A stretch of DNA of 64,000 bases from a virus, in the IMG/VR virus record IMGVR_UViG_3300045391_000819, positions 32,001 to 96,000 of that record. The stretch is one strand, 5' to 3'. Of this stretch, positions 28,032 through 36,857 are shown one piece after another. The notes beneath the pieces are model-generated. The model was given only the letters and a program-made list of their open reading frames with translations, made no database searches and was not told the origin of the DNA. Numbering within the stretch: the first letter of the stretch is position 1; every line of letters begins with the position of its first letter. The position numbers and the translations under genes are program-made.

Positions 28032-28063
28032 CAAATGTACGAAATAACTATTTAATTTCCAAA
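28032..28063 (-). promoter_or_regulatory. Bacteroidetes-type promoter for the GT cluster
   Basis: Minus strand TTTG (28063-28060), N20, TACATTTG (28039-28032). Confidence 0.75.
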
Positions 28064-28087
28064 TTCTTATATTAATATTTTGTTAAA

Positions 28088-30634
28088 TTATGATACTGTT
28101 ATTGTCTTGGTTACACCATTAATTCTCACCTTTAAACCTGTGTTAGTGTTGTCAGCTCTCCAGATGTCACCATCAACAGGTGATGAGTTTGTAAATACAG
28201 CAAGATTGATAAGAGTGTTAAAATTGGTCTTACCACCAAGGAAGTTTACTTCTGTAGCACCAGCCTGATATATACCCCATCTATTAGTTACAGTATATCC
28301 ACCAGCAAGACCTACTGCAATATCATCTATATATAAACCATAGTGATTAGTAATAGTTTGTGTAGTAGTTGCACCAGCAGTTGTAATAGGATATAAGGCT
28401 CTTAAACATGCAAATTTGTCCATAGTTCCTGAACCTGCTGTATTCAACCAGTACTGACCTCCTGCAAAGAAACTATTACCTGATGTATAGTTGAAAGCAG
28501 CATCATCATAAACAGTCACAACACCACTAAGACCAGCAAGTTGCACATATGAAGCTGTACCATCATAAGCCCAAGTTCCACTACCAAGGAATCCAAATTC
28601 ACCATACATACCACCTAAAGGTTGAGTACCACTATAAGTTGTACCACTTGTTACAAGCATTTGACCTTCAGCACCTATATAACCAACTGATGGAGAACCA
28701 GATACAGCATGTCTCTTAGTTGATAAAGTACCAAAGAAATTAGCCGTTCTATCATCGAATACTGTAAGAGTAGATACAATAGGAGTATCTGTACCTATTG
28801 TCATTATACCGTCGCTCAAAGATAATAAGAAATCACCAGAAATATATCTATTATTTAGTAATGGCGCAGGAGTACCTGAAGGCCCACCAAGTTCTACAAT
28901 TGTAGCATCACCACTATTTAAGGAAAGCCCGTTTTGTGCTGTAACTACAGAATCTGGAACCCATGTCTCTATAACATTTCCACTACCATCTACACCAAGA
29001 AAATAGTTAGGACTACCTGAAAATGTTCCTACTCCATAGTTTCCAAAAACAATACCATTATTTGCACTAAGATTTAATGTACCTGTTATCGAATCTCCTA
29101 TTAAATTAGCAAAACCACTTGTATTATTATCAAATGTTGAAAGTCCAAATTGAGTAGTTACACCTAAATTAGCAATAAGATTTAATTGTGCGTTGGCATC
29201 ACTTCCAGTATGAGTAGCTGTTAAAGTAGCATTAAATGAAGATGGTAAAATAGCAAGACCATTGTTTGCACCATCTATAATAATATTATGACCATTTAGG
29301 TCAAAATTTCTAGTTTGAGTTGCTTGGTCATCTTCTCCAGATACACCAAATCTTGTAGGATCAGGTGTAATGGAAGATGTAGTTACTTCTATAACGTTAC
29401 CGTTAGTATCAAAGGCTGCTAAGAATGTAGGTGTACCAGTAAAAATACCATCACCATAATGAGGTAATCTTGCTGCACCTCCACCATCCAAACCAAATAT
29501 TTCTGATATAACTGTATTGCTAACTCCTTGTATTGCATAATCAGAGGTTCTTGAACCATGAACAGGATTTACCCAACTAGAAATAATTTTATTAGATAAA
29601 GTGGTAAAATTTCCAGCATCTTTTAAATCAAATTCAATATATGAACCAAATCCAGCCGTAGGTGTTCCACCAGTACTTCTAGTCATTAATAATCCAAACT
29701 CAGCAGTAGAAACAGAAGGATTAAAATTTATAGACCACACTGGTATACCAGATACAGCCGTAAAAGCTCCAGCAGTTCCAAATCCTGTAGCATCTCCTTT
29801 AACTCCTTGTCCACCATCTGTAGTTCCTACTACTCCATATCCTGTAGTTAAAGCATCACCTCTAATAGCTACCCCTGTACGCACTGTACTTTCTATACCA
29901 TTACTATTTAAAAAACCAGCAGTTGAAAAGTTTTGAACCTTTAAAATTGGTTTAAAATTATTTGTTCCTTGTGTATAAAGTGTAAAAGTATTACTATCTA
30001 TATACCTATCATCTAAAAGTTCTGAAGGATCACCAATAGGCCCGCCTAATTGAACGTTCGATGGAGCATTCTTAGAAAGACCATTATCTGCTGTTATAAC
30101 AAAATCATCTATTGGTAGTGGTTGCCATGCTCCTTCTCCTGAACCATTATCTATAAGTGTCCATACATATCCATTTTCAGCACCAGATAATGTAGAATTT
30201 ATAAATAACTGATTAGTATCAATTTTTATTTGATCGTTAGCCCCATCTATCTTAAGGAAATCCCTAGTACCATTACCAAAAGCAATATAATTGCTAGGCA
30301 TATTGTAATACCTATTTTGAGCAGCAGTATCATCTTCTCCGCTAACAGCGAATCTTTGAGTCAGTTCATCTATCTCAAACGATCTTGTAAATGTGGTTCC
30401 ATTTTCATCGGTGTACTGGATAGACACAACATTCCCATCTATTGTAAAATCACTTAACACAGTAAGTGTCTCACAGTTATGAACCTGCTCACATGTAAGG
30501 TCTGTTGGAATACTATAAGCCGTGCATAAAGCATCAATCAACTGCTGTTTCCATGAACAGTTGATCCCTGTAAGAATATTAGAAAAATATTGCTTACATG
30601 TTAAGCTGGTTAATTCTACGTTGTCTTGTGCCAT
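28088..30634 (-). CDS. tail fibre-like protein (848 aa)
   Basis: G/T/N/S-rich beta composition; internal duplicated modules; Cys-containing N-terminus. Confidence 0.65.
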   Translation of the reverse strand: MAQDNVELTSLTCKQYFSNILTGINCSWKQQLIDALCTAYSIPTDLTCEQVHNCETLTVLSDFTIDGNVVSIQYTDENGTTFTRSFEIDELTQRFAVSGEDDTAAQNRYYNMPSNYIAFGNGTRDFLKIDGANDQIKIDTNQLFINSTLSGAENGYVWTLIDNGSGEGAWQPLPIDDFVITADNGLSKNAPSNVQLGGPIGDPSELLDDRYIDSNTFTLYTQGTNNFKPILKVQNFSTAGFLNSNGIESTVRTGVAIRGDALTTGYGVVGTTDGGQGVKGDATGFGTAGAFTAVSGIPVWSINFNPSVSTAEFGLLMTRSTGGTPTAGFGSYIEFDLKDAGNFTTLSNKIISSWVNPVHGSRTSDYAIQGVSNTVISEIFGLDGGGAARLPHYGDGIFTGTPTFLAAFDTNGNVIEVTTSSITPDPTRFGVSGEDDQATQTRNFDLNGHNIIIDGANNGLAILPSSFNATLTATHTGSDANAQLNLIANLGVTTQFGLSTFDNNTSGFANLIGDSITGTLNLSANNGIVFGNYGVGTFSGSPNYFLGVDGSGNVIETWVPDSVVTAQNGLSLNSGDATIVELGGPSGTPAPLLNNRYISGDFLLSLSDGIMTIGTDTPIVSTLTVFDDRTANFFGTLSTKRHAVSGSPSVGYIGAEGQMLVTSGTTYSGTQPLGGMYGEFGFLGSGTWAYDGTASYVQLAGLSGVVTVYDDAAFNYTSGNSFFAGGQYWLNTAGSGTMDKFACLRALYPITTAGATTTQTITNHYGLYIDDIAVGLAGGYTVTNRWGIYQAGATEVNFLGGKTNFNTLINLAVFTNSSPVDGDIWRADNTNTGLKVRINGVTKTITVS

Positions 30635-30644
30635 TTTTTATTTT

Positions 30645-32303
30645 TTATAAAGCGTGCCATGCCCCGTTATAGTAACACCAAGGGCCAATAGAAGTAAATG
30701 TTCCATCAGTATTTGATACAAATACAATATCTCCTTCTAATGGTGTTATTGCACTTGCAGATGTTGCTGTTCTTGGGATAAGTCTAAAGATTCCAGCAAT
30801 ATTTACAAGGTCTGAAGTTCCTTGTTGGTCAATTGCGTATGCATTAGTTGTGAATGCATTTTTTAAAGCATTAATCTGAATACCTGTATGTGTACCAAGT
30901 GTTGAACTAGCTCCAAATGAAACGTCATCATTAACCATTATATGTGTGAAACTGTCCATTGCAACCGTAACACTTCCACTTAATTTAAGTCTTGAGCTTA
31001 TATTTCTCATTGATCCGGTAGTAGAACCATTGAAGTTAGCTTCAAAGTCTGTTTCAAACCTACCAACACTATGTCCCCTAGCACCCACAGCTATAAGTCC
31101 ACCCGGATAACCAGTTGTAGCTTCAAATCCTGCTCTCCACATATGCATAGCTGTGCTATTTTCATTACCGTCTGTAGTAACGTTTCCGTTTAGATAACTT
31201 CTTGATACATGCAGAGCTTGGAATGGTCTTAATACAAATCCAGATTGCATTTTATACTCTTCATAATCACCTATAGCCCACTGAACAGTTTTTTGTATAT
31301 CAACAAATTTAATTTCAGACCAGTTAAGAACATTACTGGTGTTAAAAGCACCAGTCATATTCTGTGTGTTCTGTCTGGTTATACCTGAAGTTGAAGTATC
31401 TATAAAACGTAATTGTCTTCCATCTAATAGAACTTCAGAATCTCCAACAAGAGTTGCCTGAGTATTTCCTGTATCAGTTTGAAGTCTTCCAAGTCCTAAA
31501 CGTCCTGTAGTATCATCAAATCTTACCCCGCTAAATCCTTCAATATTAGGAACCTCAATAACATTACCACCCGCATCAACATTCAAGGCGTAAGTAGGAG
31601 TTCCTGTAATTGCTCCAGTGCCGTAATCTGAGGCGATTAGAGGGCCATCTAAAGTAATACCGTTAGCAGCTGCTAGTTTAAGTGTTTCAGTTTCACCAAA
31701 ACCAGAAACTTCTACAAGACCACCACCCGGAACTTGAGAGAATAAAGTGAAGCGTGCATTTGATCCTATAGTATTAAAATCCAACTCTGCAAAAGCAAGG
31801 TTTGGCCCACTTATAACACGAGTAGCACCAATGGCTGCCTGAGCTAGTGAAAATCCAAGCCTAAACTCTAAAGGATCACCAAGATCAAATATATTAAAAT
31901 TATGATTATTTAAATCAAATGTTCTATCTTCAAGAGCTTGAACATCTTCTGCTGGAAAACCAAATCTTTCCTGAGTAACAGGTGCGCTTGCAGCAGAATC
32001 CATAAGTTGGAAATTACCACCATCATAGATAACTGATACTATTTTACCAACAGGTAAATCTCCAGCTACAAGAGGAGTACTTACATTTTTCATTATAGGT
32101 CTTGGCCCATATCCATCTACTTCTAAAGTACAAGGGCCGGTATTAGTAGTTCCTGCTTGGAATACTACTTGTAAACCGTTTGTATAGCCCGGAGATATTG
32201 GATATGTGAATCTCACAGAATAAGCGTCTACTACTCCTATATCCGTAAGGTAAGTAGCTCTTTGTTGTAAATTGTCAATTGTTAAATTACCTGATAATTT
32301 CAT
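30645..32303 (-). CDS. tail fibre-like protein (552 aa)
   Basis: N-terminal YTNGL...TNTGP...VYDGxxFQL fibre domain shared with 36858..39845; modules shared with 28088..30634. Confidence 0.65.
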   Translation of the reverse strand: MKLSGNLTIDNLQQRATYLTDIGVVDAYSVRFTYPISPGYTNGLQVVFQAGTTNTGPCTLEVDGYGPRPIMKNVSTPLVAGDLPVGKIVSVIYDGGNFQLMDSAASAPVTQERFGFPAEDVQALEDRTFDLNNHNFNIFDLGDPLEFRLGFSLAQAAIGATRVISGPNLAFAELDFNTIGSNARFTLFSQVPGGGLVEVSGFGETETLKLAAANGITLDGPLIASDYGTGAITGTPTYALNVDAGGNVIEVPNIEGFSGVRFDDTTGRLGLGRLQTDTGNTQATLVGDSEVLLDGRQLRFIDTSTSGITRQNTQNMTGAFNTSNVLNWSEIKFVDIQKTVQWAIGDYEEYKMQSGFVLRPFQALHVSRSYLNGNVTTDGNENSTAMHMWRAGFEATTGYPGGLIAVGARGHSVGRFETDFEANFNGSTTGSMRNISSRLKLSGSVTVAMDSFTHIMVNDDVSFGASSTLGTHTGIQINALKNAFTTNAYAIDQQGTSDLVNIAGIFRLIPRTATSASAITPLEGDIVFVSNTDGTFTSIGPWCYYNGAWHAL

Positions 32304-32312
32304 ATTATATTT

Positions 32313-35300
32313 TTATACGATTATTAATCCGAATGAATACGGTTTTAAAAGTGAAGGGGTTACTTCAAATGCTCCTATTTCTGGAGCAAGACCCTGAAAA
32401 GGAAATCCTACATTTCGCCCTGCATCAATTAATTCACTTCCATTGGCAGGATGTGCGTAGGTTATTGTGTCAAAAGGAAGTTCTGTATTACATAGTCTAG
32501 CACTCAATAATTGAGTATCATCCAGCGATTTAAAGTCTGAAGCATCTATTGTTCCAGCAACCATCCAAGAGTTGTTACTTTGGTTCCAGCTTCCAGAATC
32601 ACCTGAACTAGGAGAACCATCAATAGGAACACAACCAGAACCACTAGGACAGTTACCAAAACTTAAATCATTCCAGAATACGTGAGCTATTCCTAGATTA
32701 TAACCATACTTCCAGTCATTTCCTCCATTGTTTATAGCATCACAATTATAGAATTGAGATGTAGCTGTTCCTGTATTTTGGTCATATCCATGAAAACGAT
32801 TGTTTGCAGCTACACAGAATCTAAAGTTTCTTCTTATTCCTGTAGTACCATTATCCGGCCCTGCTCTAAATCCAATTCCTACTCCAAGTAGAGTACCAAC
32901 AGAATTCTGTCCATTTTTATAAGCCCAACAGTGGTCATAATCTACAACACCACCACTAGAAGCAACATCAAATCCAGTATTGGAATTATACCATGCTCTA
33001 CATCCATAGTAAACAGTTCCTGTTGCTGTATTAGTACCAAGTCTTCTCCAAAAACCACTGCCTTGATTATTAGGAGACGATGTAGTTAAAGGATCAGCGT
33101 TATCATGAGAATCACAGTTATTATAGCTAGTATTTGTTCCATTATCTAATCTGAATCCAAACATTGTATTGGAAGCTTCACAATTAATAAAAATATTATT
33201 GCTAGTTCCATCTGACCAAATACCACTATTAGTTGTTCCTGTTCCTCCACTACCCGGTCTTTGACCCGGCCCTTTTACATAGATACCACTTACATCTATC
33301 CAACTACAGTTTCTAAGCACTATTCCTGCACAATCTTGATCGTGTACTACATTAGTACAATCAAAGATAACTCTAGCACCACAGGCAAAATCTGGAGGAT
33401 ATGCTGTTATTAATATATGGGCAGCAGAAGAACCATTCTGTCCGTTAATTAATAGACATTCTGATATTAAATTAGTTGTAGGCCCAACATATGTTCCTGC
33501 TCTTATATTAATAACATCTCCGGGAACAAAGTTTGCAACTGTATTTATATGATTAGGAATACCTTGAAAATCCTTCCAAGGAGTTGAAAGAGATGTTCCG
33601 TTATTTGAATTACTTGCCGAAGGATGATTAGTATCAATATAATATATGGCAGCTCCTCCTGCTACTTGAAATTCCCAAGCTCCTATATCAGGATTACCAA
33701 TTATATTCTGTCCACCAGCATCAGTAGTTCTTGACGCAATTGCAACCCCTGCATTAATAACTGGAGAACCAGCAGTTGGTTTATAATCAGCACTTGTAGT
33801 TCCTCCATTATTAACAAACGTTGGAGTAGCTGCTATTGAAGAACTGTCTTTACCTGTTGCTGACTGCCATTGTGCAAGGGTTTGATAGTCTGCTACTGGA
33901 GAATTTACATGGAATACTGAACCTGTAGTATACTGGTAACAGTTATTGGTCATTGTAGCTATAGAAGCAGGAGTTTGACCATTTCCAACACCGATTATAG
34001 GATCAGCAGAGCCTCTTACAAATATGTTATTTCTAACAATAGCACCTGAAGAAAGTTGTAATGTTATATCATCTTGCTGTATTAAGAATCCATAACCGCT
34101 TCCAAACATTCTACAAGTATTATTAAAATACTGACTATTTGAAGAAGCTTTATCATACATAGCACTGTTTGAGACAGTGTTTGTAAAATTGAATACATTA
34201 TTAAAACAAAGAGTAGCTATTTCTCCCTTATTAACAAGACCATAAGATGTATTAGAAATATAACTATTCTTTAAAACATTTCCTGTTCCACCTCCTCCAA
34301 ATAATACACCGTGTACCGTTTGATTTGTAGCCAATCCAACTGAAGAAACAACTCTTACATTATCTAATACATTATTACTAGCAGCTGTTCCACCTGTTAC
34401 ACTATCTTGACCTACTCTAATACCATAATCAGAAGTATAGTTTATATTAACAGTAATATTTTGAAGAAGGTTATTTGCTCCCTGAACATCCATTGCTCTA
34501 CTAGCAAGTCCTGTAAATACCATTCCTTTAAATGTCCTAAAGTTATTCGGAATAGTAATTACACTTGAAATATTAACACCACCACTATTTACTGCCTGAA
34601 ATACAATGTTATTACCAGATGTACCATTATGACTGGTTGTAATACCAGCATAAGTACCGTTCTGAATATTTACAACATGTCCAGCAGCAACTACAGATTC
34701 AGCCTTTGCTAAAGTAAGGAAAGGAGAACTAGAACTCATTCCAGTATTAGTGCTATCATTACCTGTTGTTGCAACCCACCAAACAGTATTGGGTGGAGCT
34801 ACTGAACCAGTTTCAAAAGCTCCTAAATCTGGAAATGACCCATTAAATGGAAGTCCTACATTTGTACCCTTATCAATTAAATCTGAACCTGCTACTAAAT
34901 GAGCACAACCAATAACTGGTAAACTTCCATCTGGTTGTCTAGCACTAGAAAGCTCTGCTATATTTAAATTAGTGAAATCAGAACTATTAACTGTTACAGC
35001 AAGCTGCCATGAATTGAAACTCGCATCCCAAGCATCATCATCTGTTGAACTGCTTGAGCTAGTATCATGTCCTGCAAGACCACCCGGAGGAACAAGACTT
35101 AAATTGTTTCTGAATATATGAGCAATTGGAGTATGAAAGCCAAACTTCCAATCGTTTACTACATTATTTATTGATGAGCAATTATAGAAGCGAGCAGTAC
35201 AAGTTCCATCATTTTGGTCGAAACCATGATTCTTATTAGCAAAAGCCAAACAATTATTTGCTAATCTTAATAATCCTGTAGTTCCTCCATTTGGCCCCAT

Positions 35301-36095
35301 TTTAAAACCGTTGCCATCTCCTCTAGGAACATCATTTTCATCATATCCATTCTTAAAAGACCAACATCCGTCATATGTAATAAGTCCTGCTGTATTAAAA
35401 CAATCCCATCCATCATCAGTATTATTCCAAGAACGACAATTTTTATATATTGTATTTTGTGAAAGGTTTCCTGTACCTGTTCTACTAAATCCGTCAGCAC
35501 CACTATATGGCCCTGTTGTACCACCAGTGAATGGGTCTTTCATGTGATGCACATCACAATTAAGATAGGTAATGTTGTCTCCACCCGGACATACAAATCC
35601 ATTCATGGAATTTCTAGCCTCACAATTCTCAAAAGTGATGTCGTGGCATTTTGTTCCAGTAAATAAACCATTATTAGTGGCTACTACCCAACATGCTGGT
35701 AAGTTACCTGTTGTAGCTTGAAGTGGCCCATCAATTGCTATACCATATATCTTAATCCAAGAGCAAGCTGCAAGAGTAAACACATCTAATCCTGCACCAG
35801 TATTCGGTGGTACAGGACTATTTAGATTAAGAACCACTCTACCGCCACTTGAAAAATCTGGTGGATAAGATGAAATGAGAATAGGGTTTGCAGATGTACC
35901 ATTTTTACCACTAATAACAACATATTGACCAGCAGTTGGTGTAGAATTTGTTGCATTATAAGTACCAGCACGGAAATACACAATATCTCCAGCAACTAAA
36001 GCTATTGAATTTAGTTTGAGAAAAGTTCCCCAAGGATTAGCTAATGTTCCAGTACCTGATGAATCACTTCCAGATGTTGATATAAAATATGTCAT
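32313..36095 (-). CDS. triple right-handed beta-helix tail spike; module 1 PL9-like polysaccharide lyase
   Basis: Three modules, each starting with a YFISTSGSD-like motif and ending P(D/E)(L/I)GA(F/W)E; module 1 has GADGF, TDDGWD, NGFKMG. Confidence 0.75.
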   Translation of the reverse strand: MTYFISTSGSDSSGTGTLANPWGTFLKLNSIALVAGDIVYFRAGTYNATNSTPTAGQYVVISGKNGTSANPILISSYPPDFSSGGRVVLNLNSPVPPNTGAGLDVFTLAACSWIKIYGIAIDGPLQATTGNLPACWVVATNNGLFTGTKCHDITFENCEARNSMNGFVCPGGDNITYLNCDVHHMKDPFTGGTTGPYSGADGFSRTGTGNLSQNTIYKNCRSWNNTDDGWDCFNTAGLITYDGCWSFKNGYDENDVPRGDGNGFKMGPNGGTTGLLRLANNCLAFANKNHGFDQNDGTCTARFYNCSSINNVVNDWKFGFHTPIAHIFRNNLSLVPPGGLAGHDTSSSSSTDDDAWDASFNSWQLAVTVNSSDFTNLNIAELSSARQPDGSLPVIGCAHLVAGSDLIDKGTNVGLPFNGSFPDLGAFETGSVAPPNTVWWVATTGNDSTNTGMSSSSPFLTLAKAESVVAAGHVVNIQNGTYAGITTSHNGTSGNNIVFQAVNSGGVNISSVITIPNNFRTFKGMVFTGLASRAMDVQGANNLLQNITVNINYTSDYGIRVGQDSVTGGTAASNNVLDNVRVVSSVGLATNQTVHGVLFGGGGTGNVLKNSYISNTSYGLVNKGEIATLCFNNVFNFTNTVSNSAMYDKASSNSQYFNNTCRMFGSGYGFLIQQDDITLQLSSGAIVRNNIFVRGSADPIIGVGNGQTPASIATMTNNCYQYTTGSVFHVNSPVADYQTLAQWQSATGKDSSSIAATPTFVNNGGTTSADYKPTAGSPVINAGVAIASRTTDAGGQNIIGNPDIGAWEFQVAGGAAIYYIDTNHPSASNSNNGTSLSTPWKDFQGIPNHINTVANFVPGDVINIRAGTYVGPTTNLISECLLINGQNGSSAAHILITAYPPDFACGARVIFDCTNVVHDQDCAGIVLRNCSWIDVSGIYVKGPGQRPGSGGTGTTNSGIWSDGTSNNIFINCEASNTMFGFRLDNGTNTSYNNCDSHDNADPLTTSSPNNQGSGFWRRLGTNTATGTVYYGCRAWYNSNTGFDVASSGGVVDYDHCWAYKNGQNSVGTLLGVGIGFRAGPDNGTTGIRRNFRFCVAANNRFHGYDQNTGTATSQFYNCDAINNGGNDWKYGYNLGIAHVFWNDLSFGNCPSGSGCVPIDGSPSSGDSGSWNQSNNSWMVAGTIDASDFKSLDDTQLLSARLCNTELPFDTITYAHPANGSELIDAGRNVGFPFQGLAPEIGAFEVTPSLLKPYSFGLIIV

Positions 36096-36856
36096 TAGAA
36101 CGGATATTGTTTTCCTGCTCCTGAATTATATAATGTTGTTACTTCTGCTGCTGTTAATGCTCTATTCCATACTCCTACTGCATCCATCCAACCTTCATAA
36201 CCGAAGTTTGTGTAGTCTACACCATTAAACCCTCTACCTAAAATAAAATTAAATCCTGTAGAAGTAGCATTATGAGTTTGTGAGACTACTGCTGCTGCAT
36301 CAGCAGTTCCATTGACATAACCTCTTATTGTACTTCCGTCCCAAGTAAATACTATATGATAGACATTTCCATCAACCATTGTTGTACCAGTACAAGTGCT
36401 ACTATTAAAACCTGAAGCATCACATATTTCAAAAGATGGATGGGCACTTGCTTCAAAAACTCCATAACCATTCCTATCAGAACCAAAATTCATCTTAACA
36501 ACAAAACCCGGAATAGAAGATGAAGGTGCTTCCTCTTTTACCCAAACAGAAACTGAGCCTTGTGATGTTAAACGTAAAGCAACAGGATCACCCATATCTA
36601 TTCTACCTTCAGTAGCAGAAGTAGCTCCGGCTAAATGCACTGATGTACCTGTGCTTGCACCTAAACCCGGTTCTGAATAAGCTGATACTTCTGTACCAGA
36701 TGTTTGTGTGGGTACACCAGTATTTCCATTACCTGATGAATCTGTAAAGTTTCCAGAAGCTTCATCTAAGCTCCACCATCCTACAAGTCCAGTTAATAAA
36801 GAAGAACCACCTAATCTTATACTACTTGTCATTATCGTCGGAATCGTCCAAAGCAT
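36095..36856 (-). CDS. LamG/concanavalin A-like lectin domain protein
   Basis: LVGWWSLDE, SVWVK, YHIVFTWDG...YVNG, VWNRALTAAEV..LYN. Confidence 0.85.
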   Translation of the reverse strand: MLWTIPTIMTSSIRLGGSSLLTGLVGWWSLDEASGNFTDSSGNGNTGVPTQTSGTEVSAYSEPGLGASTGTSVHLAGATSATEGRIDMGDPVALRLTSQGSVSVWVKEEAPSSSIPGFVVKMNFGSDRNGYGVFEASAHPSFEICDASGFNSSTCTGTTMVDGNVYHIVFTWDGSTIRGYVNGTADAAAVVSQTHNATSTGFNFILGRGFNGVDYTNFGYEGWMDAVGVWNRALTAAEVTTLYNSGAGKQYPF

Positions 36857-36857
36857 A

